Below are positions 13,117-27,173 of a DNA stretch of 64,000 nucleotides, in pieces. The notes under the pieces were generated by a model. That model was given only the letters and a program-made list of their open reading frames with translations. It was not told the origin of the DNA and did not search any database. The position numbers and the translations under genes were made by a program. Origin of the DNA: Tubiluchus corallicola. Its lineage: Eukaryota > Animalia > Priapulida. The first letter of the stretch is position 1. Every line of letters starts with the position of its first letter. Where the stretch lies: assembly GCA_030141605.1 (NCBI GenBank), contig JAQGDQ010001064.1, forward strand, positions 1,936 through 65,935. Reading direction: 5' to 3'.

Positions 13117-13454
13117 ACTATATCAATTCAAGCCAGTAAGTAAATTGACTGCATTATAATTTAGCAGTTGAATAAACGATTGATCAATTATTTGCCAAGC
13201 AAATTTATGCGTTTCAGTAATACCTGACAGAGATGGTCCATGGATGGATTCTTCTCAGATTCCCTCACATTATTAATATGACATAAAACTGTTGTCTGGT
13301 GCTAAGTGGAAAAAAATCTCTATTTCAATGCAAATAAAGCGCCATTTTTGTCATTTTGTCAGCAAGATGTTGGCTGATGAGATTAAAATGTTTTGGACAT
13401 TAATCTCCACTGAAAATTACATATGAATGTGGCTACCCATTTGTAAGAATCCCC

Positions 13455-13575
13455 TAGCTCTAACCCTAACCCTAATTGAAAAAAAACCCCTAACCCTAAC
13501 CCTAATCCTAACCCTATCCCTAGTCCTAACCCTATCCATAATCCTAATCCTAATCCTAACCCTAATCCTAATCTG
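13455..13575. repeat. degenerate interstitial (CCCTAA/TCCTAA)n telomere-like tract
   Basis: ccctaaccctaa...cctaatcctaa. Confidence 0.75.
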
Positions 13576-13589
13576 CTTCACGAAGTTGG

Positions 13590-13830
13590 CAATTATAATA
13601 TTTTAGGAGAAAAGAAGAGGGCCAAATATTCATCCTTGAGGGACACCAAAATTACATGCTGGAATATGCAAACTTGTAATAATATTTTGAGCAATGGTGC
13701 ATTATTAATAATTATAATATTTTAGGAGAAAAGAAGAGGACCAAATATTCATCCTCGAGGAACACCAAAATTACATATTGGAATACGCAAACTTGTAATA
13801 ATATTTTGAGCAATGGTGCATTATTGACTT
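13590..13830 (-). mobile_element. duplicated LINE reverse-transcriptase fragment (2 x ~116 bp)
   Basis: minus strand reads NFGVPQG*IFGPLLF, matching the LINE RT motif GVPQGSxLGPxLF. Confidence 0.65.
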
Positions 13831-15380
13831 AATCCTAATCCCAATCTGCTTCACGAACTAATTCTTTGTGTGTGAGAAATTTTAATATTTAGTGACCCAT
13901 TCTTGGTTTTTTTATAATCATATAAGAGAAAAATAAATAAATTCGATTTGAATAGTCCATCTGGCAAAACAATGATGTTATAGAATAATGTTTTTGCACG
14001 GTAGTTGTTTTTTGAATGAAGTAATAACACTACACATAATAGATGTACTTGTAATTCTAACATCGGGGGGGGGGGGGGGGTTTGAGTGGTCTAGCATTAT
14101 TCGAATGTAATGCCATATAGAGATCTATATATCCCATAATGCTAGATATAATGTATCGTTTTTATATAGTGCTGGCATCTCACAAATCAAATTGTGTGCT
14201 ACTAACGTTGAATGCTTGTGGCGGGACAGGAACTCATCTCATTCTCGAAGACAATCGTCTAAAATAGTAAACGCCTTGTCTTAGCCCCTTGTATGATCGT
14301 GTGTTCGTCCTCCATCGATTAGGTAAATTGGGGCAATGTTGCAAATGAAGCCACCCAAAATCAGCTTTCCAGCGATCTTCCACCCAGCCACGCACGCAAA
14401 GCAACCACTCAATTATAACTAATATTGTAATTGCATGCATAAACTTATTAATATACTCGTTCACATTAATCCACACTATTAATAATTTCCTAAATGCAGG
14501 TAAACAAATAAGACTGTTTCTTTTTACAAAAGATAAGCTTGCTTTTAATGTTAAGCTGCTTGAGAAGCCCTTTTATGTTCGACTGAATGAAGCCAGCATA
14601 AAGTAAAGAACAAGTTTTTCTGATTTCTTCAACGAACGGGCTAAACAATTAGTAATGACGTAACAATTAGGCTAAACAATTAGTAATGACGTAACAATTA
14701 GGCTAAACAATTAGTAATTTGTAATTAGTAATCGAGTTTTCTCGATTTGCAGTGTTCGAAATATAAGGAAGAAAGGATTAAGAGTCCTAGGGTATTGCGA
14801 TGTTCACTTTCAATTCAATTTCGTTTTATTGCACAAATACAATAGTGTATCATGGCAAAAATTACAATTACAAAAAAATTAAAGTAGCAACAACAAATAC
14901 AATTATGCAACGTTGCAAAAGCACGAGTTTTACAACTTAATTAATTGCAATTCAATTCAATTCAATTTCATTTGCACTTCGCAAATACAATGTAGTGTAC
15001 AACGGAAAAAGTTACAATTACAAAAAAAGCGTCAAAATACAAGAACAAATACAAAATATAATCAATGCAAATACAATTTCAAAAATATTATCAAACATTA
15101 CTGAGAGCAAATATGTAGGCCTACTTACACACATAATACAATACGCTTATGTTTCTTCTAAAAAAAACTTGAAAATTGGCTGGAGTGTTAAAATCTTCCT
15201 GTCTTCCTTTAAGCACTAACTATGCGGGCAACCACAGTCAGTAAAGCTCTATAAATGCTTTACTGCAAAGCATGGAAAGCATGGAATACTAAAAGCATGA
15301 CACGGGCATGGTCTGGCTTCGCAATCTTTTCAACGCATCAGCGCGAAGATGAGTCTTTTTTTATCTCTTGATTTTATTAA

Positions 15381-15994
15381 CCCTTAAAGGGTCACGATTT
15401 TTTACAACCGATTTTGGTAACCGGCGGGGGGGGGGGGGTAATTTTCATAATTCGTAAATTACTTTTGATAAACCGCCGTGTTTCATTAGTAAACAGCAAC
15501 AGCATAATTTGTGGTTATGCTGACCACCATAGGATACATTATACCTCTGCTTAAAGACACGTGACTTACTAGTAATACGAAATTTAAATTCACTTAGTTA
15601 CGTTCCCTTATCTATGCTGGAATAACTGTAGACAATCGACATTGCTAGCGCGTGTGCAAAAATCATTGTTATTTTGAATTTATTGTCTACTACTTTCTTC
15701 TTTTAGGTGGAGTAATTTGAGTAACCGACATTTTGTTTTATCAGATACGTCACCCATATAATGTATAGACAAGCGAAGTAAAGTTTCGACAATTTTAAAA
15801 AAAATCGACATATTGCATTTTCACTTTTATTTCGTGGTGAGACAATGCGCCTAAAATAAATAACTGAAAGTATTTTGTGCACAAAACATATTTAGAAAAA
15901 GTCATAGAAAAGGTTTATTGGTATGCGCATGGTAAAAGGGTAAAATGCAAAAAACCGGGTAATTTTTTACCCCCCCCCGGTGACCCTATAAGGG
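15381..15994. mobile_element. piggyBac-type MITE
   Basis: TTAA|cccttaaagggtcac ... gtgaccctataaggg|TTAA. Confidence 0.85.
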
Positions 15995-16201
15995 TTAAAG
16001 CCTCTACACACTGATTCAAGCTGCATTTCCGTTTTGTTTTAGCAACGATTTTCTAGACAAAAGCATTTGAGGATGCCGACATTAAAATGCTTCATTTTTT
16101 GTGGAAATAAAATGTTTACGTTGTAATTGTACCTATTGTAAAACGTGCCTATTGTAAAATGTAGATACGGATAGTTCGCTGTAGAAAAGTAAAAAACGGC
16201 A

Positions 16202-17430
16202 TTAAAGGAAAAGTCAACACTCTCGGGAAGTTGAGCTTATTCTAATATTTGAGAAAAATGTTTCAGCAGTGAAATTGTCATAAGCGCCTCGTGAAATTAG
16301 GAAAATCAATTTAAAGTCGCGATCACTTCACGCTTGGGGGCGCTCGTTTTGTTGAAAAATGACGTCATCTGGTTACCGGGCAAAATAAACAGTCATTCTG
16401 CCCAAGTGCTTGAGCAATCTCTTTTTTGACTTATAGAGCAAACTCTATAAACTAAGTCACCCACCCGGTACCTACTGTATGCTCGCAAGTTTACATGTGT
16501 ATCTGAAAGTCAACAAAAATCTGTAAATTAATTACATTTACGTAATTAATGTTAATTACTTACACATTTTATGGTATAATACTGTGGATTAAAGCTATGT
16601 AACCACTTTAAACTTGGTCCTAATTGATCAAACGACTAATTTTTTATGTAAACAACCCTGGAATAACTGAACTTTTGAGTGAACTGTAGAAATTTCTCAA
16701 CGCGCACCTTCATCACAACTTGCCTTCACTGCATTCACGCTGCCCAACAGACACCAGCTTACATCATCACAGCTTGCCTTCACTGCATTCACGCTGCCCA
16801 GCAGACACCAGCTTACGTCATCACAACTTGCCTTCACAGCATTCACGCTGCCCAGCAGACACCAGCTTACGTCATCACAGCTTGCCTTCACTGCATTCAC
16901 GCTGCCCAGCAGACACCAGCTTACGTCATCACAGCTTGCCTTCACTGCATTCACGCTGCCCAGCAGACACCAGCTTACGTCATCACAGCTTGCCTTCACT
17001 GCATTCACGCTGCCCAGCAGACACCAGCCTACGTCATCACAGCTTGCCTTCACAGCATTCACGCTGCCCAGCAGACACCAGCTTACGTCATCACAACTTG
17101 CCTTCACAGCATTCACGCTGCCCAGCAGACACCAGCTTACCTTCATCACAACTTGGCTTCACAGCATTCACGCTGCCCAGCAGACACCAGCTTACCTTCA
17201 TCACAACTTGCCTTCACAGCATTCATGCTGCCCAGCAGACACCAGCTTACGTCATTTTCGTTGAAATATGCCAGCAGCGACCCTCATTTGGCGGGAGATA
17301 AAAATATTTAAATTTGTTTTACATTTTTATGCAAAGAATTCTATGCGCATATCTTGTGTAGTGATTTCAATATTTTAAACTATATATTAAAATGCAATAA
17401 ATCTTGTTCGAGAATCGGTTCTTCCTTTAA
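16202..17430. mobile_element. Kolobok-like non-autonomous element containing a 54-bp minisatellite
   Basis: TTAA-AGGAA...TTCCT-TTAA ends; 5' part homologous to 53316-53490. Confidence 0.55.
16708..17255. repeat. 54-bp minisatellite, ~10 copies
   Basis: unit tcatcacagcttgccttcactgcattcacgctgcccagcagacaccagcttacg. Confidence 0.95.
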
Positions 17431-17649
17431 CTTAACAAAAGAAGATCTTTCATGTTGCTTTGTCTTCAGTTACCAAACTTATTTAAATTAGGTGATTGTG
17501 TTGAAAGAGCGTTTTTAAGACATGATGAATTACTTACTGTGTATTGATCATTGAAAATGAGGCCTAATTAACCACAAACTATTTTAAATGCTAATCATTT
17601 TATATCTATGCTAAACTTTTAGAACTAACAGAAGCGAATTTGAATGAAT

Positions 17650-18207
<558 letters not shown>

Positions 18208-18385
18208 CTTAAATAACTAAGATAACTAACTGAACGTTATTATACATATGTAAATTTAAACATGTGCATATGCTTTATGTAAGTAAAAGGTGTCCTTGTG
18301 CTTTAATTATTTCACTACCATCAGTTTACTGGCGAATATTTACTTTAATGTGAACCGTTCTTTACATTGTTTCGTTACAGGTTCT

Positions 18386-19630
18386 ATGAGTCTCAATGAA
18401 ACACGCAATGCCACAGATTACGACGATTACGAATACGAGGACGAAGGACCGGCACCTCTCTACGACCTTCCCTGGACAATCCTCATAGCGATAATCATTG
18501 CTTCCCTGTCACTCTTTGCCACACTAGCCAACGCCACGGTCATAATGGCCTTCATCAGGGATTCAAAGCTCCGCACCCCACAGAACTGCTACATCGTCAA
18601 CCTGGCCGTATGCGACTTGATCATCCCGCTGCTCGTCACGCCCTTTAGCGCCGTGGACACACTACTGGACTACTACTGGATCTTCTCCAACCGTGTCTGC
18701 AACGCCTACGTGACCATAGACTTTCTCTGCACGGTCGAAGGAGGGTTGGCAATCATGCTCATCAGCTGGGACAGGTACCTCCTCGTCAAGGATGCCATCG
18801 CCTATCGTAACCATCAGACAATCCAAGGTGCCCTGTTGAAGATAGGCGCCACCTGGATGTTTTCCTTTGTCATGTACGGACCGGCGATCCTGCTCTGGAA
18901 CACCGTGAGAGGTTACAGTATTCTGGAAGAGAACGAGTGCGACGTGGAGTTCGTCCACAATTTTCCGTACGTTTTCACCGGAGCCGTGCTCGACTTCGTC
19001 ATTCCGTTCACCCTCATCGTCTACTTCAACCTGCAGATCTACCGATACATCCGCAAGCGTTCCAGAGAGTTCAAGAGAGCCAAAGTTCTTCCACTCGCCA
19101 CCGTGTCCACGATTACGACCGCATCCGGAACCGGAACGACTACCGTGGATTCCGGGACCAGAAATACCTCCAAGTCCAACCACGCGCACAAGCCGGACGG
19201 TAAAGCTCCTGACTCCGGAATCCGGCTGGTCGCGGTTCACGACAACCCGCTGATGCCGCCAGTGAACATCACCAGTGCCAACCATGGCAACAACAGCTCA
19301 TCTGATAACCATCAACATCAACAGCAGGATAAGCAGCGACAGCAGATTTCGCGGGACAAACGCGTGGCCAAGAACTTGCTCATCCTAGTCTGCGTATTTT
19401 TCGTCATGTGGTTACCGTACACCACATACACGATCGTCACGGCTCTTTGCGAAGACTGCGAGGTCGATTTGTGGTATAACTTCACCTACTACCTCCTCTA
19501 TTACAATAGCTGCATTAATCCCATCGTGTATGCTTACAGCAGTCCTCGATTCCGGGAGGGTTTTCGACGATTATGGTGTTCTTGTATTAAAGATAACAAA
19601 GTACATGATATCAGTACTAGTGTTCACTAG
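18386..19630 (+). CDS. GPCR-3: aminergic class A GPCR (histamine H3/H4-like)
   Basis: ATG 18386, 5 nt after acceptor ttcgttacAG (18379-80); N-glycosylation sequons NET/NAT; D3.32, WDRY, D5.46, MWLPYT, NPIVY. Confidence 0.93.
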   Translation: MSLNETRNATDYDDYEYEDEGPAPLYDLPWTILIAIIIASLSLFATLANATVIMAFIRDSKLRTPQNCYIVNLAVCDLIIPLLVTPFSAVDTLLDYYWIFSNRVCNAYVTIDFLCTVEGGLAIMLISWDRYLLVKDAIAYRNHQTIQGALLKIGATWMFSFVMYGPAILLWNTVRGYSILEENECDVEFVHNFPYVFTGAVLDFVIPFTLIVYFNLQIYRYIRKRSREFKRAKVLPLATVSTITTASGTGTTTVDSGTRNTSKSNHAHKPDGKAPDSGIRLVAVHDNPLMPPVNITSANHGNNSSSDNHQHQQQDKQRQQISRDKRVAKNLLILVCVFFVMWLPYTTYTIVTALCEDCEVDLWYNFTYYLLYYNSCINPIVYAYSSPRFREGFRRLWCSCIKDNKVHDISTSVH

Positions 19631-21150
19631 TAATATTTGGCGATTATGGTGTTGTTGTATTAAAGAGAACAAAGTACGCGATATCGGTACTAGTGTTCAC
19701 TAGTAATATTAGGCTATTATATTGTCTTGTATTAAAGATAACAAAGTACACGATGTCAGTACTAGAGTTCACTAGTAATATTAGGCTATTATATTGTCTT
19801 GTATTAAAGATAACAAAGTACACGATATCACTACTAGTGTTCACTAGTAATATTTGGCGATTATATTGTTCTTGTATTAAAGAGAACAAAGTACGCAATA
19901 TCGGTACTAGTGTTCACTGGTAATATTTGGTAATTATGGTGTTCTTGTTTTAAAAATAACAAAGTACGTGATGTCGGTACTAGTGTTCACTAGTAATATT
20001 CGGCAATTATGGTGTTCTTGTATTAAAGATAACAAAGTACGCGATATCAGTACTAGAGTTCACTGGTAATATTCGGCCATTATATTGTTCTTGTATTAAA
20101 GATAACAAAGTACACGATGTCAGTACTAGTGTTCACTGGTAATATTTGGCAATTATATTGTTCTTGTATTAAAGAGAACAAAGTACGCGATATCGGTACT
20201 AGTGTTCACTGGTAATATTTGGCAATTATATTGTTCTTGTATTAAAGAGAACAAAGTACACGATGTCAGTACTAGTGTTCACTGGTAATATTTGGCAATT
20301 ATATTGTTCTTGTATTAAAGAGAACAAAGTACACGATGTCAGTACTAGTGTTCACTGGTAATATTTGGCAATTATATTGTTCTTGTATTAAAGATAACAA
20401 AGTACGCGATATCGGTACTAGTGTTCACTATTAATATTCGGCAATTATATTGTTCTTGTATTAAAGATAACAAAGTACACGATGTCAGTACTAGTGTTCA
20501 CTGGTAATATTTGGCAATTATATTGTTCTTGTATTAAAGATAACAAAGTACGCGATATCGGTACTAGTGTTCACTATTAATATTCGGCAATTATATTGTT
20601 CTTGTATTAAAGATAACAAAGTACACGATGTCAGTACTAGTGTTCACTGGTAATATTTGGCAATTATATTGTTCTTGTATTAAAGAGAACAAAGTACACG
20701 ATGTCAGTACTAGTGTTCACTGGTAATATTTGGCAATTATATTGTTCTTGTATTAAAGATAACAAAGTACGCGATATCAGTACTAGTGTTCACTAGCAAT
20801 ATTCGGCTATTATATTGTTCTTGTAGTAAAGATAACAAAGTACACGATATCGGAACTAGTGTTCACTAGTAATATTTGGCTATTATGGTGTGCTTGTAGT
20901 AAAGATAACAAAGTACGTGATGTCAGTACTAGTGTTCACTAGTAATATTCGGCGATTATATTGTTCTTGTATTAAAGATAACAATGTTTGCGACATCAGT
21001 ACTAGTGTTCACTAGCAATATTCGGCGATTATATTGATCTTGTATTAAAGATAACAAAGTATGCGACATCGGTACTAGTGTTCACTAGTAATATTCGGCG
21101 ATTATATTGATCTTGTATTAAAGATAACAAAGTACACAATATCAGTACTT
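19567..21150 (+). repeat. 73-bp minisatellite (~21-22 copies) made from the last ~20 codons and stop of GPCR-3
   Basis: first unit is coding (RLWCSCIKDNKVHDISTSVH*); downstream units repeat it. Confidence 0.95.
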
Positions 21151-21575
21151 TCACTAGTGGTACAAGTAGGTATAAGATTAAATAAAAATATCGTCAACAA
21201 CTATAAAACTGGAAGAAAATTTTACGATGTGAAACAGAAGACATGCGTAAAAGTGTTCTGGCCTGACATATTTCAAAAAAACTAATTTAGCAGAATCAAG
21301 AACTGATGTGCAATTTGACCCGATAACATTCTGATCCAGTAACTACATCCAAGGAAAAGGAAAACTTTGGTTATCCTGTTTGGATTATCCTGTTTCCCAG
21401 TGAGAGTTCAAAATGTCGGACAAATGCTACTCAATTCTTTGCCTAAGATATTGTTTGAGACAAATTTCAGAAATTAAACTTTTGCTTGTAGATTAAACCT
21501 ATAATGTCCGATTACTATATATTTACTTTATATAGACCATTATGCTATGACATCCATGATAGCTGCTGTTGTTAA

Positions 21576-22032
21576 CTCTTTCAGTCCCAAATTATTTTTT
21601 AATAAGCAAAATTTTTTGTGACTTGGTACTTTTGTTCAGTATGTCCATCTTGTTTACACATAATAATTATTTTTTCTACCTGTGTTCGCGTGCTAAATAT
21701 AGCCTGTATCCCACGGGATACATTGGGATTCAATGGAAGCATAAAATCTGCTTCATTTTGCAACTGCTGATAATTTTTTAAAGTATTTAAGACATTTAGT
21801 ATGCACGCTATGCTGATCTGTACAAAGTCGTCTCTAAAGTACTGTACCTTGCGCATTTTCTTATGCTATGTAGATTTTCTAGTTTGCCATTTTATCACTA
21901 TTTTTAGTCTATTGTTATTGGCTTGAATCAAAATAACTATTAACAGATCAAATAACTGTCAGTTTTAAAATTTTATTAATTTTAAAAGCAGAAAATTCTG
22001 GTATCCCACGGGATACAACGGGAAGGAAAGGG
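21576..22032. mobile_element. piggyBac-type MITE family B
   Basis: TTAA flanks, c(t/c)ctttc...gaaaggg ends; near-identical copy at 49521-49978. Confidence 0.9.
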
Positions 22033-22232
22033 TTAACTCATTTTATTCAAGATCTTGTCGGTGTTCATCTGATGATATGATTTATTGCAAGGACTGCTAT
22101 TGTTGTTCGGGATTTTAAATTGTTTTAGTGTATCTTAGTACAGTTTGTGTAATGGTTTATCTCACGAAGTATACAAATACAGTATAATATAATTGATTAT
22201 GGCGTTTACTGTAATAGTATTGAGAATAGTGT

Positions 22233-22374
22233 AACTACGGCTAAATCACGTTGAAATCACCGTTTGATCACCGAAGTTAAGCAACGGAGAGACTGGTTAG
22301 TAATTGGATGAGTGACCGCCTAGGAATACCAGGTGCTGTAGGCTTGCGGGATGCCCACACTGTATCTCGACACT
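22233..22374 (+). mobile_element. 5S rRNA-derived SINE head (SINE3-type), 3'-truncated
   Basis: 5S sequence (ctacggc...gatcaccgaagttaagcaacg...ggttagta..tggatg.gtgaccgcct.ggaatacc.ggtgctgtaggctt) followed by gcgggatgc.cacactgtatctcgacact, shared with the copy at ~55800-55934(-). Confidence 0.85.
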
Positions 22375-22845
22375 TTCGCATTCGCGCCACTAGTTCTTCG
22401 CTGTTACATGCATTTCGCCATTCGCTAGTTAGATGGGCACCAGCGCCGGCATTTCGAAAACACATTGCACAAAAAACAGGCACTGTGCTTCTCAGTTCAG
22501 ATGTGTTAGTTTGTGACGAACTACACACGTTCGACAGCTCATTCGTGAGCGCTGCGGTAAATTTGAAATTTGATTTTTTATCTTAAAACTTGCCTAGTTT
22601 TAGTACAACACATACTTCGCGGTACTTCAATTTTCGCTTAGGCAAACACGCTCGTGGAATATTTTTACTGTTGAAAATTATGTTAGTTTGTGATGTCATC
22701 AATACTTGGGCTCAGCCTCAGTTAATTAAATTTATAATCTATTGTTTAATTATCAGATACGCTTTTGCAGCATTAATTGTATTAAAATATATAGTTTTTA
22801 GCGACTTAAAAAGGGGTAGTATGTGAAAAATCACCTTCCTTAAAG
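22375..22845. mobile_element. interspersed DNA-transposon family D (Kolobok-like) copy
   Basis: reverse-complement homology to 47299-47775 and 41955-42340; fragments at ~5190-5280 and ~61330-61560. Confidence 0.7.
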
Positions 22846-23686
22846 GTGTTATTGCTGGACTGAACGAAAGTATTATTAGTATTAGACTCTGATCGTCACG
22901 AAATCAACTTTCTAACCCTGTAAGCCGTTAGTTTACTGGTTTTTGGACTACAATAGTTACCACCTATCACTGAACTGCTGAGAGCTGATTATTTCAAAAA
23001 ATGTTAATGTGAATTTTAGGACACAAGCACGTTTTTTGTCAGGTGAACAACAACTATCTTTTTATTTGCTTAAAATTTTTATAAACAGTCAAAGAGACAA
23101 CAATACAAGTCTGATAAAGGTAGCTTGAGTACAGTGTGAATAAAAAATAACAGAGAACACATTGAAATATTGTTAATTAACTTTTCCAAATACTGAACAT
23201 TAAATATTAGAAAAAACGTCACAAAAAGTGTTTGAGACATTCGACTGAGAGACAAACAATTTTGAGACAAATTGGCTAATCGATAATTGATTTATTGAAG
23301 TCAGGTTGGAAAAACAAACACGCTTTTAGGCACGCTTTCACTTCACAAGTCAACAACGTTTATATAGTGGTACTACTCCTTTAATCTACGATGATTTTTA
23401 TACTAATCACAAAACACGTAGCTACATCGCATGCAAACACGAATTAAACTAACTAGTTATTGGAAAGTGAAGATTGGAGCAAGTTTTAATTTCACTTTAA
23501 CTTATGTAGCTTAGTGCATATAGAATCTTCACAGAGTTCGTCAATATATTCTGATAGTAGGGCCCTTTTGGTCAGATGTAAATTAGTTTTGAAACAGGCA
23601 AATAAAAGTCAATTAAATTGAACATAAAAATGATTGCAAATTGCATACTAATCCATTATCAATAATGCTGGTTGTTTTTAATGTTT

Positions 23687-24019
23687 CAGTAAGTCCCCGC
23701 TTAACGACGCTAATGCGACGTTAAGTGAAACGTCGTTGAACGAAACCAAGACTTCCATGGAAAGTAATGTAAAAAAATCGAGATACGTTCCAGAGGCAAA
23801 AGTAAATGCTGCTTAATCATGTAAATTAAATATTTTATGAATTTTGTTATGGGTTCTACTAATTCATTTTTTCTGCTTGCTTAAATGGTGTCAAACGTTC
23901 AGCGTCGTTAAAACGAAACGTCGCTAAACGGGGAATCGTTAAAACAAACGTCGCTAAACGGGGAATCGTTAAAACGAAACGTCGCTAAACGGGGGGAGCC
24001 GTTAAGCGAGGACTTACTG
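23687..24019. mobile_element. Tc1/pogo-type MITE family C
   Basis: TIR cagtaagtcc.cgcttaacg / cgttaagcgaggacttactg followed by TA; homologues at 45140-45412 and ~45500-45752. Confidence 0.85.
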
Positions 24020-24162
24020 TACTATCTTTGTGGTAAGTTTAAGAGCACAAAGATATCAGAAGTTATTCGAGAACTAATGTTTAGCAGATGTAAGAAAATA
24101 TTACTTTTGGAACTACAAATGCATATTATAGGCAATAATCGGATCTATAAGTGTTGTACTAC

Positions 24163-24537
24163 AAAGCATGATTTTAACTGCACTAAACTGCAGTAAATGC
24201 TAGAACAGAAAAGCATGATTTTAACTGTACTAAACTGCAGTAAATGCTAGAACAGAAAAGCATGATTTTAACTGTACTAAACTGCAGTAAATGCTAGAAC
24301 AGAAAAGCATGATTTTAACTATACTAAACTGCAGTAAATGCTAGAACAGAAAAGCATGATTTTAACTGTACTAAACTGCAGTAAATGCTTGAACAGAAAA
24401 GCATGATTTTAACTATACTAAACTGCAGTAAATGCTTGAACAGAAAAGCATGATTTTAACTATACTAAACTGCAGTAAATGCTAGAACAGAAAAGCATGA
24501 TTTTAACTGTACTAAACTGCAGTAAATGCTTGAACAA
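24163..24537. repeat. 47-bp minisatellite, ~8 copies
   Basis: aagcatg at 24164, 24211, 24258... Confidence 0.95.
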
Positions 24538-25184
24538 AGATGCCCAATATCAACTGTAATATCAACGATACCTAAGTATGTATGACAGAAATCTAACAGA
24601 AATATTTAGTATGTTATCAAACAATAGTCAAACTCTAAGGGCAGTTTTGTCACTATAACACAAGCTATGATTAGTACACAAGCATCAGTACTAACTTACA
24701 GTTACTACAGCCAGTAAAACAACTACAGCTACAGCTACAGCTACAGCTATGAACCAGTACTATCGTTAGTAGCAAATAATAAGCAGCCGTTAAATGATTA
24801 ATCACAACTACCGTCTACAGGCTATAAAGTTACTGAACTGATGTGGCAGATGGCGTTGTTTTACATGCATGCATGTCACGTGAGTTGTGCATTAGTTAAG
24901 TTAAGTTGCATTACTGTGGTACACTTAACCTTCGACCTACAGCAACAACGAAATTGTGAAAAGGCTTATACAGCTACACCCTAAAAAGCAACTATAGCGA
25001 TAGAGCAACTAAAGCAACTATACTAAGTACTAAGCAGCAACTTGAACTAAGTTATTACTAACAAATACAGCTTAGATAACAGCAACAACTACAGAACAAA
25101 TGCTATCATAACTAGGAAGCATACTGAGTAGCAACTAAATTATTAGTACACGTAAAAATACCAAAAATAATAGCCTAGGAAGCA

Positions 25185-25920
25185 ACTACAGAGCAAATAC
25201 TATCATTAGTAACAAGTACTAGCTAGAAACTAAGTTGTTACCTACAAATGCAAGCCTATAAAGTGATTGTATCTACAGAGCAAATACTATCAATAGTAAC
25301 AAGTACTAAGCAGCAACTAAGTTGTTACCTACAAATGCAAGCCTATAAAGTGATTGTATCTACAGAGCAAATACTATCATTAGTAACAAATACTAAGCAG
25401 CAACTACGTTGTTACCTACAAATGCAAGCCTATAAAGTGATTGTATCTACAGAGCAAATACTATCATTAGTAACAAGTACTAAGTAGCAACTAAGTTGTT
25501 ACCTACAAATGCAGGCCTATAAAGTGATTGTATCTACAGAGCAAATACTATCATTAGTAACAAGTACTAAGTAGCAACTAAGTTGTTACCTACAAATGCA
25601 AGCCTATAAAGTGATTGTATCTACAGAGCAAATACTAACATTAGTAACAACTACTAAGTAGCAACTAAGTTGTTACCTACAAACGCAAGCCTATAAAGTG
25701 ATTGTATCTACAGAGCAAATACTAACATTAGTAACAAGTACTAAGTAGCAACTAAGTTGTTACCTACAAATGCAAGCCTATAAAGTGATTGTATCTACAG
25801 AGCAAATACTATCATTAGTAACAAGTACTAAGTAGCAACTAAGTTGTTACCTACAAATGCAAGCCTATAAAGTGATTGTATCTACAGAGCAAATACTAAC
25901 AATAGTAACAAATACTAAGA
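25185..25920. repeat. 87-bp minisatellite, ~8 copies
   Basis: unit ctacagagcaaatactatcattagtaacaagtactaag...gtgattgtat. Confidence 0.95.
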
Positions 25921-26989
25921 TGCGACTACGTGACTTACAGTTGAAACGCTATCGACAACTATATCCAATAGAATAAATCTACATTTGCAGCTACAGAATG
26001 AACAACAATTTTTGAATATATATGATATATTATATATTATGTATATAATATAAATATATTAGATAAATGTAAATACAATAATATATATCGAATATATATA
26101 TATATATATATATTTAATTAGCATTAAATATACTGTAAGCATCAGCTAAACTACAAAAACCTGCATCTTATAGTAACATAAGTCTTCTGTGGTTTGATAT
26201 AGAAGAGAAAGCACAGTAAAAGACTACTAAAATCGACTAAAGAGCAGACTAAAAGCAGTGACTAAACACAGTTTATGATTCTACTATCTAATTCCTGAGT
26301 AAAACTAAAACATGTGCGGTTTTCTCAAAAGAGTTTACCCATCTATCAAACTAACACCCACGTGGAGTCATAGAAACAGGTAATACTATCTAGTCTATGC
26401 CATTATTTGGTAAACACACTTATGAGATATCCAATCCCCAAATAGCCAATTAAATATAAAAAAAAAACATCAGAATTCGTCTTGGATTTGAACCAAGAAC
26501 CGCTGAACTTTTAAGCTCAATGTCCAACCCTGCTAGAACGTTCAGACCAAATTCGTTCAGTTACTTCTGGTTCAAGCACAAGGTAATTCATGTTTACCTC
26601 AGTGTTAATTAATGATTTTGCATCCAAGATGCTTAAGATAATTAGGCAATTAATTATTTAACTGAGCAATTAATCTATGCTTAATTTAGCCTGTTTGACT
26701 GAACTACATCACCTGGAAATACTGAAGTGATCAGCGAACTATTAGGTTCACTCAGAATTTGCCCTGGTTACAAGGGATTAAGTTGTCCAATGGTCTAAGA
26801 CTCACAGATGCTATCTCAAAGGTTCAGAGTTCAAATCCAAGTTGTGTTTCAAAGTTTTACCTTTTTCAATGCGACAGTCTAATAGTGATTGTAGAAAACG
26901 TGTTTAAAACACAAATGAATTTAAGCGATGTTATTTGAGTTCTGAATTTTTCACAATTTTTCCATAACAGTAAAGAACTAATTCAAGAT

Positions 26990-27173
26990 TCTGTTATCTT
27001 ACAATATGTATGATACACATACAACACAACTTCATAATACGATGTAGTTTACATAGCAACGAGAAAAAAACCACACGAGACTTCAATAACTCAACTATCG
27101 CGTCAGTTCGGAAAAAAACTTTAAATTGCAAAAAATCAAAGGAGTATCCGGTTTTGGTTACAGCAACAACGTT
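26990..27173 (-). other. Mhc: candidate myosin 3'-terminal exon (3' end not determined)
   Basis: strong acceptor ttttttcttttcAG (27175-74) downstream of donor AAG|GTAACT at 27362. Confidence 0.45.

Noticed and set aside
16679-17311. 150-210-aa repetitive ORFs
   Set aside because: A 54-bp (18-codon) unit stays open in several frames by chance; it lies in a transposon-like element
19567-21150. CRISPR-like appearance of the regular arrays (also 38715-39813, 51202-51942)
   Set aside because: Head-to-tail units with no unique spacers, eukaryotic context, no cas genes
22233-22345. functional 5S rRNA gene
   Set aside because: Internal deletion and substitutions, no oligo-T terminator, continues into SINE-like sequence
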